Assembly (NCBI GenBank): GCA_964354495.1
Contig: CAYHAA010000005.1
Location: 90,001 to 122,000 of the forward strand
DNA length: 32,000 nt
Origin: an uncultured archaeon
GTDB lineage: Archaea; Asgardarchaeota; Thorarchaeia; Thorarchaeales; Thorarchaeaceae
Direction of reading: 5' to 3'
Translations under genes and position numbers: made by a program
Shown: positions 1 to 10,605 of the stretch, piece after piece
Numbering within the stretch: the first letter of the stretch is position 1
Layout of the letters: the number at the start of each line of letters is the position of its first letter
Notes under the pieces: model-generated
What the model saw: only the letters and a program-made list of their open reading frames with translations
Told to the model about the DNA's origin: nothing
The model's database searches: none

Positions 1-2
1 AG

Positions 3-830
3 GGAGGAAAATCAATCATCTGTGTCAAGTCCACTGCACTGCAGGGGACTGTATCAAAGATTGTGGCCCACCTGAGCGAGGGTGCAGGTGTGGTCACAAC
101 GAGGGGAGACGTGGACGTGATAATCACGGAATATGGGCACGCTTCGCTTCGAGGGAAGACCATACGCGAGAGAGTACTGTCTCTCATCGCAATCGCGCAC
201 CCGGACTTCAGGAATGGATTACTTGAAGCAGCCAAAGAGATGAAATACGTATTCGAGGATCAGGTTCCATTCCTTGCCAGAGGCACCTACTTTCCGATTG
301 AATACGAAGCTATCACTGAGGCCCAAATGCCAGATGGGCCGATCAGTGTTCGCGTTCGGTTGATCCGACCCGACGACAGTGACCGTATCAAGGACCTCTT
401 CTACGGTCTCAGTGATGACTCGATTTTCTTCAGATTCTTGACGCCGCTGAGAAGTCTTAGACGGCAGACACTGCAGGATTTCTATCGAGTCGACCAAGAA
501 TCAGATATCTCCCTTGTCGCAGTGGCAGAAAATGGAGGAGAGGGAGAACGCGAGAAAATCGTTGGCGCGGGAAGATATCTACTGAATAGAAGCAAGAATC
601 AAGCCGAGTTTGCATTGCTCATTAAAGACGAGTACCAGGGCCGAGGTATTGGTACATTTGTTCTGAATCAGATGATGCGTATTGCAAAAAGCAAGGGAGT
701 CAATGCATTCATTGCATATGTTCATCCAAAGAATGTTGCTATGATCAATTTCATACACCGAACGGGAAAGCTAATCGAGAGCCGACTAAGCATCGAAGAT
801 AATCAATACACATTCACCCTAAGACTGTAG
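3..830 (+). CDS. Acetyl-CoA hydrolase/CoA-transferase C-terminal domain fused to a Pat-type GNAT acetyltransferase (5' end lies before the window)
   Basis: Frame is open from base 3 (GGKSIICVKST...). VVTTRGDVDVIITEYGHASLRGKTIRER...LIAIAHPDFR is the acetyl-CoA hydrolase C-terminal signature. It is followed by a GNAT domain (VRLIRPDD...LSDDSIFFRF; AEFALLIKDEYQGRGIGT). Confidence 0.88.
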   Translation, partial: GGKSIICVKSTALQGTVSKIVAHLSEGAGVVTTRGDVDVIITEYGHASLRGKTIRERVLSLIAIAHPDFRNGLLEAAKEMKYVFEDQVPFLARGTYFPIEYEAITEAQMPDGPISVRVRLIRPDDSDRIKDLFYGLSDDSIFFRFLTPLRSLRRQTLQDFYRVDQESDISLVAVAENGGEGEREKIVGAGRYLLNRSKNQAEFALLIKDEYQGRGIGTFVLNQMMRIAKSKGVNAFIAYVHPKNVAMINFIHRTGKLIESRLSIEDNQYTFTLRL

Positions 831-969
831 ACATTGCCCCTGAACCGATTGGCCGACAATGACCACTCAAGAAACACGCCGCAATAGCGATTGGTTGAAA
901 TGGACAACGCATTCCAAAATGAAGCTCAGTGAAGCGATTTCGACAATATCAATCTAGGTGGTGAACTGA

Positions 970-2490
970 TTGGAGTTCCCTGTACATGACACGCTCTCTG
1001 ATGAGAGTCTGAAGAAGGGATTAGATGCCGTTGTGAGAGATGGCATCACATCCCAAATCAAGATGACCTTGACAGAGAGCATATTCCTGATTGCCTTCGC
1101 AGTGGCCCTGGGTGCCTCCAATGCGGTGATCGGACTCATCGCCGCAATCCCTCCTCTTGCACAGTTACTCCAGATACCATCAATCGTACTCATAGAAAGA
1201 ACCAGGATCCGCCGAAGAATCTGCGTGCTTTTCTCAGCAGTCAGCCGTCTATCAATAATGGCCATGGTTCTCATTCCCTTTGTCACACCAGGGATTCCAG
1301 GCATTCTACTATTGTTGTTCGGAGTGACGTCTCATGCTGTATTCAATGCTGTGACAGCCGCCGCATGGAACTCATGGATGAAAGACCTCATCCCTCAGGA
1401 GATACTAGGTCGATTCTTCTCAAAGCGGCTAGCTGTCCAAGCACTCGTGGGTATTCTCACCACTCTTGGCGGAGGTGTTCTAATCGACCAATGGTTACGC
1501 AATGAACCGGCATCTCTCGCGCCATACTCGATTGTTTTCTTTGTTGGTATGGTAGCAGGCATGATTGGCGTCTACTTCATCTACACAATCCCTGAGCCTC
1601 GCATGATAATCGAATCCCTCAATCAGAAGTTCTTGGACACTCTTCGACGGCCATTTCAGAATGAAGATTTCCGTAAACTGATGATGTTCTCAGCCGCTTG
1701 GAGTTTTGCAGTCACACTTGCGGGTCCATTCTTCACAGTGTATCTTCTAGAGGTACTTGGATACGAACTATCAATTGTGACTGGACTGGCTGTCTTATCA
1801 CAGGTTACTAGTATGCTCTTCTACCAGTGGTGGGGGCGTCTCTCTGATAGGTTCAGCAACAAATCAGTATTGCGTGTGACAACTCCAATCTATGTTGTAG
1901 GAATGCTTCTTTGGACTTTCACGACAGTGCCTGGAATTCACATGCTTACCCTGCCTCTTCTGATACTGATTCACGTGATGCTGGGTCTATCAGCGGCTGC
2001 AGTCAATCTAGCTCACGGCAACCTGGCACTGAAGCTTGCACCTAGAGGAGAGAGCACATCATACCTTGCAGGGTGGAGCGTGGTCAACTCGATTGCAGCC
2101 GTCATGGCACCACTCGCTGGCGGAATCATTGCAGACTCACTGAGTGACAGCTACCTGTCCTTCCGTCTCGCCTGGCAGGGGCTTGGTTTCTCATTCGACT
2201 TTGGTCTGATCGATATCCGTGGTTTGGACTTTGTCTTTCTGATTTCCTTTATTGTAGGACTCTATGCGATTCATCGCCTGGCGATAGTACGAGAGGCTGG
2301 TGAGGCAGACCAAAGAACTGTCTTGGATGCAATGCTGGCACAAGCAGGCAGAGGACTTAGGACTCTATCTACAGTAGATGGCTTGAGGCATTCAATCGTC
2401 ATACCCCTGGCACATGCCCTTCGGTCCTCACGAAGTCAGACCCGTTCAACGGAAACAAGTGAAAGCGAAACGGAAGATACGAGCAACTAA
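970..2490 (+). CDS. Major facilitator superfamily transporter
   Basis: About 12 hydrophobic segments, MFS motif WGRLSDRFSNK, TTG start preceded by AGGTGGTGA RBS. Confidence 0.85.
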   Translation: MEFPVHDTLSDESLKKGLDAVVRDGITSQIKMTLTESIFLIAFAVALGASNAVIGLIAAIPPLAQLLQIPSIVLIERTRIRRRICVLFSAVSRLSIMAMVLIPFVTPGIPGILLLLFGVTSHAVFNAVTAAAWNSWMKDLIPQEILGRFFSKRLAVQALVGILTTLGGGVLIDQWLRNEPASLAPYSIVFFVGMVAGMIGVYFIYTIPEPRMIIESLNQKFLDTLRRPFQNEDFRKLMMFSAAWSFAVTLAGPFFTVYLLEVLGYELSIVTGLAVLSQVTSMLFYQWWGRLSDRFSNKSVLRVTTPIYVVGMLLWTFTTVPGIHMLTLPLLILIHVMLGLSAAAVNLAHGNLALKLAPRGESTSYLAGWSVVNSIAAVMAPLAGGIIADSLSDSYLSFRLAWQGLGFSFDFGLIDIRGLDFVFLISFIVGLYAIHRLAIVREAGEADQRTVLDAMLAQAGRGLRTLSTVDGLRHSIVIPLAHALRSSRSQTRSTETSESETEDTSN

Positions 2491-2534
2491 TAGTGCATTA
2501 CCAGTTCATGGTATTCAGGGTTTGCTGCTACTGC

Positions 2535-3227
2535 TCACCACTCCACAAGCTTAGCCATTCTCTTTGCCTCCTTGATGGTGAACTCGGCCTCTTTGGGAGT
2601 CGGAGGAATACCATTGAAATTGCTCCTCTTGACGTAGTCACTTGTCACTCGGATTAGCGCTTCGGGATTCATCAAGGACATCTTCTCGATCGTGTCGACT
2701 CCAGCATCATGGTAGAGCCGGGCGCGAATCGCTTTCAGACCGAAGATTCTCGCAAGGTCAGACATCTTGACCAGTTCAACAACAACATCGAGCGGAATCC
2801 CCAGCTCCTGTGATAGGCCTCGCCTTAACTTGTCCGTCCTACCTGCTTCTAGTAGTTGGTCCATGTTTCGTAATGCAGCATCTTTGAGCTTGCCAATTAC
2901 GTCAGTCGGAATGCCCAAGAAATCCTTCAACTTGAGTGGCTCTCGCTTCAGATATCGGCTGCGTATCTCGATGCACTTCTTTTCCATGTTTTGTCTTCCC
3001 ACGAACTTGAAACAGTAATGGAGACTATGCATCATTTTTCTTATGACACGTTCATCTGCAACATTTGAGGCGAACTCCTCAAGATTCTTTTCCGTCGCGG
3101 CGTCGATGCCTGCTCCTCCCTCTTTCATATGTTCACCAAAAGAACGCCAGTGAAGGAGCGCTTCCCGAATCGTGCTCTCAGACTTACTGTCACGTTTCAT
3201 AAAAAGGCGAAATGACTCTTCATCCAT
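2535..3227 (-). CDS. DUF4332-like (helix-hairpin-helix) protein with a helical N-terminal domain
   Basis: C-terminal SDLARIFGLKAIRARLYHDAGVDTIEKM...PPTPKEAEFTIKEAK pattern of DUF4332. ATG at 3227; TTG alternatives at 3230 and 3233. Confidence 0.7.
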   Translation of the reverse strand: MDEESFRLFMKRDSKSESTIREALLHWRSFGEHMKEGGAGIDAATEKNLEEFASNVADERVIRKMMHSLHYCFKFVGRQNMEKKCIEIRSRYLKREPLKLKDFLGIPTDVIGKLKDAALRNMDQLLEAGRTDKLRRGLSQELGIPLDVVVELVKMSDLARIFGLKAIRARLYHDAGVDTIEKMSLMNPEALIRVTSDYVKRSNFNGIPPTPKEAEFTIKEAKRMAKLVEW

Positions 3228-3378
3228 CAACAATTGCCCAATCTGTTGTCAGTGGCTCATGCCTTTATTCTCTTTCATTGAAGCTTGAGAAGTATCAGAG
3301 GATTTCGGCCTAAACCTAGAAATGAGCCCATCTTGGAAAAGCATATCTACGGTATGACACCTGAACAATATCGGGTCC

Positions 3379-5052
3379 GTGCTTTCTATGGTCAGAAATC
3401 TCTCTATGAACTTCTTACTCCGCAAATTCGGCTCAAGAATAGAGCCAGAGCCTGAAACTGCCACTGTTGCAGTGGCCTTTGCTTTGGCAGAAGGGCGCAA
3501 AGAGCGGAATCAACGAATCACAATGCTAAGCAGAATAGCAATTCCTTTCTGGATAGTCCAGACCTCTGAAACTAAATCCATTGTGCTATCTGCCGCAGCC
3601 AGCTCACGACAGGAATTCAAGTTCACTGACACAAAGGGTGCAACAGAGATACGAAAGATTGTGACTTCTGGTGTGCCACAACCCGAGGATGTTCCAGCAG
3701 CTGTTAAGAGAATCGAAGCATTGTTAGAAAAGACCGATACCATAACCGTTCAGCTGGCAAACCTGTTCTCACCGTCCCCATTAGCAGGTGCAGGCCAGTT
3801 CATTTTCGAATCAAGTCCCTCTGCCAAGCCAAACCGGCTGGACATGAAGGCTGACTCACCTGATGCTCTGAAGAGAACTGAAGAGTTCAGAGAAGTGCAG
3901 AAGTCGGCTAAACTTCGAGTCGAAGCAATCGAATCGATCAAGAAGGTGATGACCGAGAAACTTGGAGGGCATCTGAAAGTCCTTGAGAATCTCATAGCTG
4001 TGGAGAGAGAACGCGGAAACGTCCGCATTAGAACCATGGAGGAACGAACAAGGCAGGAGAGCAGCGACGCGGCCAAGACCAGAGACAAGCAAATCTATGA
4101 TCTTCGAGAGAAGACCAAGATGGACCTGCGTGCAATGACTGCTGACTTCTCAAGATCAGCAAACGATCTTGAGATGTTCTTCAATGAAATGATAGACAGC
4201 ATACGCGCAGCAAGAACACGGATTGGCAAGGAGGAAGACAACATCGAAGGTGCTGTGTCAATCTACAGGGAACTTGCGAAGACTCTGTCCTCCAAAATCC
4301 AGCGAAGTAGCCAGCCTTTGAAAATCATGGATGAAAGATCTGAGAAAATGCTGAAGAGTCTTCATGACGTCACAAAGGAATCTGAAACCCAGAAGACCTC
4401 TATTGAAGCAGCCTATGAGTTGCAGGTCAAGGAACGCAATCAAAGGCTTGTAGAAACAAAGAAAGAGATGGAGAACAAGACGCAAGAGCTCAATCAGCTC
4501 TATGCGCGCATAAAGGATGCGTGTGAAAGATGTGAGCGGCTTGTTGATGAACGAATCACTTTGCTTCAGAGAGAGTATCTCGACCTGATGGCATGGACGC
4601 TTGAGAACGATTCCATCATTGGACTCATGCCCCTCACACTGCTAGATGTCGAGGTTTTTATCGCAAAATACGACAGCGGCTCGCATCAGGTCCTAACACC
4701 CTGCTCCACACCAGACACCGAAATCTCACTGAGCACAAGAGGAAAACCAATCAGTCAGGAGCTTGATGAAGTGTTGATTGGAAGCCTGAATGACTGGCTG
4801 CGCCTTGACCAAACAATGAAGGGTACTTTCCTTAAGAGCTGCCAGGCAGGAAACCTGCTAATGAAAACTGAGGCGACACAACTTCTCTCTGAGGGTCTTG
4901 ATGCATTAGTACAAAGAAGACTCATCCAGAGTACAGACAAGGAGAGGTTCGTAACGCTCTGGTCCAGATACTCAGGCAAGTGCCCCAAGTGCGGTACTGT
5001 AAATGAAAAAGACGCCAAGTTTTGTCAGAAATGCGGGCTTGCATTCAGTTAG
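3379..5052 (+). CDS. Long coiled-coil protein with C-terminal zinc ribbon; function unknown
   Basis: 557-aa ORF with a heptad-rich central ~230 aa and C-terminal CPKCGTVNEKDAKFCQKCG. True start may be the ATG at 3388 or 3406. Confidence 0.8.
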   Translation: MLSMVRNLSMNFLLRKFGSRIEPEPETATVAVAFALAEGRKERNQRITMLSRIAIPFWIVQTSETKSIVLSAAASSRQEFKFTDTKGATEIRKIVTSGVPQPEDVPAAVKRIEALLEKTDTITVQLANLFSPSPLAGAGQFIFESSPSAKPNRLDMKADSPDALKRTEEFREVQKSAKLRVEAIESIKKVMTEKLGGHLKVLENLIAVERERGNVRIRTMEERTRQESSDAAKTRDKQIYDLREKTKMDLRAMTADFSRSANDLEMFFNEMIDSIRAARTRIGKEEDNIEGAVSIYRELAKTLSSKIQRSSQPLKIMDERSEKMLKSLHDVTKESETQKTSIEAAYELQVKERNQRLVETKKEMENKTQELNQLYARIKDACERCERLVDERITLLQREYLDLMAWTLENDSIIGLMPLTLLDVEVFIAKYDSGSHQVLTPCSTPDTEISLSTRGKPISQELDEVLIGSLNDWLRLDQTMKGTFLKSCQAGNLLMKTEATQLLSEGLDALVQRRLIQSTDKERFVTLWSRYSGKCPKCGTVNEKDAKFCQKCGLAFS

Positions 5053-5219
5053 CCAGGTCTTGACAGATTAGCGGTATTGTTGCGATTCAAAGAAACCCCT
5101 CTAGTCAAATCGAGTCTACAGTGCATTTGATACAGATTAGCATTCCAAGCAGATTCATCAGACAAAGGCAGAACCCTTGCTTGCTCAAGATACTTGAAAA
5201 GGAATGAGAGACGGCAGAT

Positions 5220-6230
5220 GTGTTCATGGTAGATGGTGGACATTCCCTTGCCCAGCTATCTCTGTTGCGGGATGATGCCTTCGAGTATAGAACGGTATCC
5301 GTTGAACATCTGCAGGACATGCAGGACTATATGGATGAGCTTCGGAGAAAGGGTTTATTCAGTAATAACAGGGTCTTCAGATCATATGTGGATAATAAGA
5401 GTTTCAAACTCCCCCGGGATTTTCAGGAAGCAGAATTCATCATTGTAATCGCGGTCTATGTACCTCTCGCCAGTGTAAATATGCACTACCAGGATCGCCT
5501 CCACAAGATACTCATTCCGCCTAACTATCGTGTCCAGGATTTCACCATAGAACAACTGCGTACAACTATTTCCAAGAAGATTATTACTCAAACTGGACAC
5601 AGGATTGAAGATGCACGCAATAGTCTGTTCCTAAAACACCTTGCTGCTCGCTCCGGTCTAGCTGAATATGGCAGGAACAATATTTGTTATGTCGAAGGAA
5701 TGGGTAGCATGCTCTCGCTCTATGCATTCTTCACAGACCATACTTTCAAAGAGGACCATTGGGGAGATGTTCGTTTGATGGAGTCTTGCAGGAGCTGCAA
5801 GATATGCACCAGTGAATGCCCGACCCACGCAATATCTGATGCGTGTTTTGTGATTGATGTCGAGAAATGCATTTCGCTCTACAATGAGATTGCGGGAGAG
5901 ATACCCGGATGGATTCCGGTACGAGTACATAATGCGCTCATAGGCTGTCTGCGTTGTCAGCTGAGATGTCCTGCCAACAAGGAAGTCGTATCACGAGCAG
6001 TTGAGCTTGGGAATTTGACCGAATCAGAAACTTCATCGATTCTTGAATGCGCTGAGAGTGACGATGTGGTAATAGCTCTCTGCGAGAAACTGAAGGTGTC
6101 AACGCCAGAAGCGGCAAGAAAGGATCTACCAGTGTTCTCTAGAAACCTGAAGATGCTTCTTGAGGCACTCCACGAGCATGCACATATTGAGGCCCGAAAT
6201 AGCCTCGTATCATCACAGTCTGGGCACTAG
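5220..6230 (+). CDS. Epoxyqueuosine reductase (QueG)/reductive dehalogenase-like 2x[4Fe-4S] protein
   Basis: KHLAARSGLAEYGRNNI...GS motif, CRSCKICTSECP, CISLYNE and GCLRCQLRCP cysteine motifs. Confidence 0.78.
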   Translation: MFMVDGGHSLAQLSLLRDDAFEYRTVSVEHLQDMQDYMDELRRKGLFSNNRVFRSYVDNKSFKLPRDFQEAEFIIVIAVYVPLASVNMHYQDRLHKILIPPNYRVQDFTIEQLRTTISKKIITQTGHRIEDARNSLFLKHLAARSGLAEYGRNNICYVEGMGSMLSLYAFFTDHTFKEDHWGDVRLMESCRSCKICTSECPTHAISDACFVIDVEKCISLYNEIAGEIPGWIPVRVHNALIGCLRCQLRCPANKEVVSRAVELGNLTESETSSILECAESDDVVIALCEKLKVSTPEAARKDLPVFSRNLKMLLEALHEHAHIEARNSLVSSQSGH

Positions 6231-6671
6231 TTGCTTCTTCAGGAAATACTTGCAGTGTCCCGGCGGATAATCATCCAGTGTCGCAAAGAGCTCGTACCCG
6301 AGTCTTTCATAAAAGGGTCTTGCCTCAAAGCTATATGTATCCAGATGAACATGCTTGCACCCTGCTTTAGCCGCCTCTTTTTCTGCTATCCTCATCAGTC
6401 GGGTTCCGTAACCGCTACATCTTATGGACTTCTCAATCCACAAAAGTGAAACGTACAGCCAGCCTCCAAACATTATTCCTACTAATCCGCCGACGATGTC
6501 GTCTTCTTTATTACACATAAACACTCTTACCGGCTTACCAAGTTCTGACATGCCTGTATTCTCAGTGATATTCTGACCCAGTCCAGTATAGATGACAGAC
6601 ATTCCCCTTCGAATGGTTTCGATGTGCGGTTTTTTATCAGTAGTGTATATGGAAAAGGTATACTCGTTCAT
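6213..6671 (-). CDS. GNAT family N-acetyltransferase
   Basis: LYVSLLWIEKSIRCSGYGTRLM (motif A), HLDTYSFEARPFYERLGY. Confidence 0.88.
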   Translation of the reverse strand: MNEYTFSIYTTDKKPHIETIRRGMSVIYTGLGQNITENTGMSELGKPVRVFMCNKEDDIVGGLVGIMFGGWLYVSLLWIEKSIRCSGYGTRLMRIAEKEAAKAGCKHVHLDTYSFEARPFYERLGYELFATLDDYPPGHCKYFLKKQLVPRL

Positions 6672-6780
6672 ACTTGCCTAAATGGCTGCTCTTCATTTTC
6701 AAGTTGTTAACAGGGCAAGATTTGGATTCTTAGCATTCGGTTACTGCTCTTTGTAGTGTAAGAGGGCTTGTTTTCATCAT

Positions 6781-6820
6781 GGGAAGAAAAAGAAGAGGAA
6801 GGAAGGAGATTCCCTTCCTC
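6781..6820 (-). terminator. Hairpin plus pyrimidine/U tract downstream of the caspase-like remnant
   Basis: Minus strand reads GAGGAAGGGAATCTCCTTCCTTCCTCTTCTTTTTCTTCCC: a GGAAGG/CCTTCC stem (alternatively GAGGAAGG/CCTTCCTC) followed by a T-rich tract, 15 nt after the stop at 6835. Confidence 0.5.
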
Positions 6821-6834
6821 AGATATTAAAGAAG

Positions 6835-7239
6835 TTAGAGAGTAAAACCAGAGCTTGCGTTTCCATCGTATTGTTGTGGAGTGTCGCCGCCGCCATATGG
6901 ATAGGCAGCCAGAGCATAACTGAAGCAAGCCTCCATAGTGGTGGATCTGCTACTTCCAAAGTGGCTAATCAATCCGTATTCAAGGAAGTAATATGTCCAC
7001 GCTCCATTCTTGTGGACTGAGTCATCGTAGCCATACCAGTTCTGGGTGCATGTCGTTGTCATGTACACCTTGGCATGGTTTCCGAGAGCTTGGATTTCCG
7101 GTATGAGCCCTCCTGAGTAGCAGTGGTCAACAAAGATGCAAATCCTTGCGGCTACCCAAGCAATAACATAGTCATCCAGCTCAGTGTCATAGAGATTGAG
7201 GTGAGTGAGGCATACTAGCCCGCATTTGACTTCTTTCAA
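6835..7239 (-). pseudogene. 5'-truncated caspase/metacaspase-family (clan CD) peptidase remnant
   Basis: IFVDHCYSGG catalytic-Cys motif, then MTTTC...GYDD...NGAWTYYFL. No upstream His-Gly motif before the in-frame TGA at 7267-7269, and no convincing start or RBS. Confidence 0.65.
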
Positions 7240-7528
7240 ATGGTGCGAATTGATGCTGTATTCAGTTCAGGATGCTACTCGATTTGATTCGTATTTCAGA
7301 ATGCGAATCATCGAGAGCAGATCTACTGAGATAGCAGTCTAGAGAACAACCTTCTTGCTCCAACTAAAAGATTGCTCATTATGACCTGTCTTGCAACCCT
7401 TCCAAGGGACAGTGACTCCTTCACTGAACAGTACGTCCTTTCACGAGTTCTAATGGAATATAGGACAATTGGAAAGGAATAAATCACCAGAGAATCGCAA
7501 CAGCAGCCCACAGGATTTGAGAAGCTAG

Positions 7529-10402
7529 ATGTTGAGCGAAAAGAAGGATTGGTTCAAAGACACACCTGAGGCTGTATTGAAGCATCTTGGTACGTCCGCA
7601 GATGGTTTGAGCGATGAAGAAGCCAAGCAGAGGCTTGTTGAATATGGACCTAATGAGCTCCAAGAAGTAGGTCGGGTAAGCCCCCTGAGGATGTTTCTTC
7701 AGCAATTTGCCAATCCAATGGTCTTGATTCTCATTTTTGCAATAGTCATTTCAATTGCAACTGTAGCGTTGCAAAGTAGTCACGAGGAGGAGAGCTATAT
7801 CGATGCAATTGTCATCTCAGCCATTGTCATAATCAACGCTGTCTTTGGATTCGTACAGGAGTATCGGTCCGAACAGGCATTGGAGGCGTTGAAGGACTTA
7901 TCCGCTCCGATGGCTGTCGCAAGGCGTAATGGTGTATGGGCAGAGCTTGAAGCTCGAAACCTTGTTCCCGGTGATGTCGTTTCTCTTGAAGCAGGAGATA
8001 TCATACCTGCTGACGCCCGTCTGCTAACCCTTGCTGGATTGGCAACAGATGAGTCTGCGCTTACAGGCGAATCGCTAGCAGTCGAAAAGAGTATCAAAGC
8101 AATAACATCTGAGAAACCAGACCTCGGAGATATGTTCAACCTCGTCTTTCAGGGTTCAGTCGTGACTTCAGGAAAAGGTACTGCAGTGATTACTTCCACT
8201 GGTATGAAGACTGAATTCGGGAAGATAGCACAATTAGTACAGGAGAGCAAACAAGAACTCACGCCTTTGCAATTGGATTTGGACGATCTGGGCAAGAGAT
8301 TGGGTGGTGTTGTTCTCATCCTCTCAATCATGGTTTTTGCGGCACTTGTTTTCGTGAATGCAACATATGATTGGAATGAGGCTCTCTTTGTAGGAATTGC
8401 TGTTGCAGTCGCGGCAATCCCTGAAGGGCTCCCTGCGGTGGTGACAGTAACACTGGCAATCGGCGTTAGTCGGATGGTAAAGAGAAATGCGATTGTACGT
8501 CGACTGCCTAGCGTTGAAACCCTTGGTTCGACTACTGTCATTTGCTCAGACAAGACAGGCACTATAACAAAGAACGAGATGACTGTCAGGTATATCCATC
8601 TTCCATCCGCCAAGGTGACTATCTCTGGGACTGGATACTCCAAAGAAGGAGATTTCTACAATGCCCCAGCACTTGGAAACTGCGTAGAACTTACTCAAAT
8701 GCGTGATTCATTTGATCTGGCACAGAGCCATGAGCTGAAAATGCTGTTGAAAGCAGGTCAGCTATGCTCAACAGCCACGTTATCATCAAACCCTAATGAT
8801 GAGTCGAGCTGGAAAGTCGTAGGTGATCCTACAGAAGGTGCGCTTCTTGTTGCTGCGGAGAAGGCGGGGCTTAGCCTTGAGATGATGCGCTCTCAGTATA
8901 AAGAAGTCACAGAGTTCTCCTTTGATTCAAGACGGAAGATGATGACGACAATCCGGCGCGACGACCAAGGACAAGTCTGGGCCTTTTCGAAGGGCGCACC
9001 GGAAATAATACTCGAGAGAGCCACAGGAGTCCTCGTACATCAAGATGAGATGCAATTGGATTCTGCACAGCGTGATGACATTTTAGAAGCAAATTCAGCA
9101 ATGGCTAGCTGTGCAATGAGAGTTCTGGCAATAGCATACAAAAAACTCGATTCAATTTCCGACGAATGGGATGAAGAGAAAGTCGAGTGTGACCTTGTCT
9201 TTCTCGGTTTGGTCGGAATGATAGACCCTCCGCGAGAAGGGGTAATTGAAGCCATAGCCAAATGCCGCAGTGCTGGAATACGACCCATCATGATTACTGG
9301 AGATCACGCACTCACTGCTAGTTCGATTGCAAGGAGTGTCGGTCTGTCGAGATCCGATCTTGGCGCAATTACAGGCTCTGAACTCAATGAAATGAGCGAT
9401 GAGGAGCTCGAAAAGGCAGTCAAAGAGCGAGATGTTTTCGCCCGGGTTGCACCCGAACATAAATTACGAATCGTTCAGACATTGAGGAGCCAGAATCAAG
9501 TAGTAGCAATGACTGGTGACGGAGTGAACGATGCTCCTGCGATAAAGATGGCGGATGTTGGCATCTCGATGGGCATTCGTGGTGCAGGTGTAACAAAGGA
9601 AGCTTCGGACCTCATTTTGACGGACGATAACTTCGCTACTATAGTCTCTGCGATAGAAGTGGGAAGAGAGATCTATGCGAATATCCGCAAATTTGTGAGG
9701 TTTCTTCTATCTGCTAATACTGGTGAAGTGCTGCTCGTATTCATCATGGTCATGATTGGACTGCCTGTACCCTTAACACCAGTGATGATACTCTGGATCA
9801 ACTTGGTCACTGACGGTCCTCCGGCCCTAGCACTTGGATTCGATCCACCACCCAAGGGCATCATGGAGCGTTGTCCTCGGAAGCCGGGATCCCGTATGCT
9901 AGATAGCGGAATGATGAGGATGATTCTAATTGGGGGTCTGCTAGCAACCTTTGCGGCAAGCATCATCTACTTGTACATTCTTTGGTCCAGTATTGGCAAC
10001 ATTCCGGGAATCACTGGTCCTACAATAGACTGGACACTGCCTCAATATGAGGAGACACTCAGACTAGCCCAAACAGCGACCTTTGCTGCCATGGTGTTGT
10101 TCCAGCTATTATGGGTATGGAACTGCAGAGATGAATGGAATCCTGTCTGGCGGACAAACATCCGCGAATCCAGAGCGCTATTCATCGCAGTCATGTTCTC
10201 CCTGGTACTCACGCTGCTAGTGCTCTATACTCCACTTTCAAGCGCTTTCGGAACTGTGTTTCTAGGTGTAGACCTCTGGATATTGATTGTCATCCTATCT
10301 TCGATTGGGTTCTTTGCCCCAGTTTATCGTTTATTGGGATATAGACCCGAAGAAATCTGTGATGAGGAGTGGAGTCAGAAGATATCGAATCATACAGATT
10401 GA
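7529..10402 (+). CDS. Type II (SERCA/SPCA-like) cation-transporting P-type ATPase, probably Ca2+
   Basis: TGES, IPEGL, CSDKTGT (phosphorylated Asp), KGAPE, MITGDH and GDGVNDAP motifs. TM5 SANTGEV and TM6 WINLVTDG carry the Ca2+ ligands; the TM8 position reads VLFQL (Q rather than the SERCA E). Confidence 0.93.
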   Translation: MLSEKKDWFKDTPEAVLKHLGTSADGLSDEEAKQRLVEYGPNELQEVGRVSPLRMFLQQFANPMVLILIFAIVISIATVALQSSHEEESYIDAIVISAIVIINAVFGFVQEYRSEQALEALKDLSAPMAVARRNGVWAELEARNLVPGDVVSLEAGDIIPADARLLTLAGLATDESALTGESLAVEKSIKAITSEKPDLGDMFNLVFQGSVVTSGKGTAVITSTGMKTEFGKIAQLVQESKQELTPLQLDLDDLGKRLGGVVLILSIMVFAALVFVNATYDWNEALFVGIAVAVAAIPEGLPAVVTVTLAIGVSRMVKRNAIVRRLPSVETLGSTTVICSDKTGTITKNEMTVRYIHLPSAKVTISGTGYSKEGDFYNAPALGNCVELTQMRDSFDLAQSHELKMLLKAGQLCSTATLSSNPNDESSWKVVGDPTEGALLVAAEKAGLSLEMMRSQYKEVTEFSFDSRRKMMTTIRRDDQGQVWAFSKGAPEIILERATGVLVHQDEMQLDSAQRDDILEANSAMASCAMRVLAIAYKKLDSISDEWDEEKVECDLVFLGLVGMIDPPREGVIEAIAKCRSAGIRPIMITGDHALTASSIARSVGLSRSDLGAITGSELNEMSDEELEKAVKERDVFARVAPEHKLRIVQTLRSQNQVVAMTGDGVNDAPAIKMADVGISMGIRGAGVTKEASDLILTDDNFATIVSAIEVGREIYANIRKFVRFLLSANTGEVLLVFIMVMIGLPVPLTPVMILWINLVTDGPPALALGFDPPPKGIMERCPRKPGSRMLDSGMMRMILIGGLLATFAASIIYLYILWSSIGNIPGITGPTIDWTLPQYEETLRLAQTATFAAMVLFQLLWVWNCRDEWNPVWRTNIRESRALFIAVMFSLVLTLLVLYTPLSSAFGTVFLGVDLWILIVILSSIGFFAPVYRLLGYRPEEICDEEWSQKISNHTD

Positions 10403-10605
10403 GGATAGATGTATCGGATCAAAGAGTCATTCAACGTCTCAAGAAGTAGCTCGCTCAATATCAATTGGGCAAGTGGATGGATAATCTTTCAGCACCCTCG
10501 TGGCATGTCGTTCAATGGAAACATTCTTTCATTTACTCTGCAAATTACTTGGTTTGATAGTAAACAATATACGTAGGATGCTCGGCACAACGCGCAGGGG
10601 TAAAA

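Noticed and set aside
7240-7320. Selenocysteine or other read-through of the TGA upstream of the caspase remnant
   Set aside because: The translation around the TGA has no caspase His-Gly motif and no redox motif; no SECIS-like element was recognised.
7795-9966. Minus-strand ORFs within the P-type ATPase
   Set aside because: Antisense shadows with Ser/Thr/Ile-rich composition typical of reverse-frame reading.
7529-10402. Functional link between the Ca2+-type ATPase and the gelsolin-like gene
   Set aside because: Opposite strand, separated by an aminotransferase; proximity alone is not evidence.
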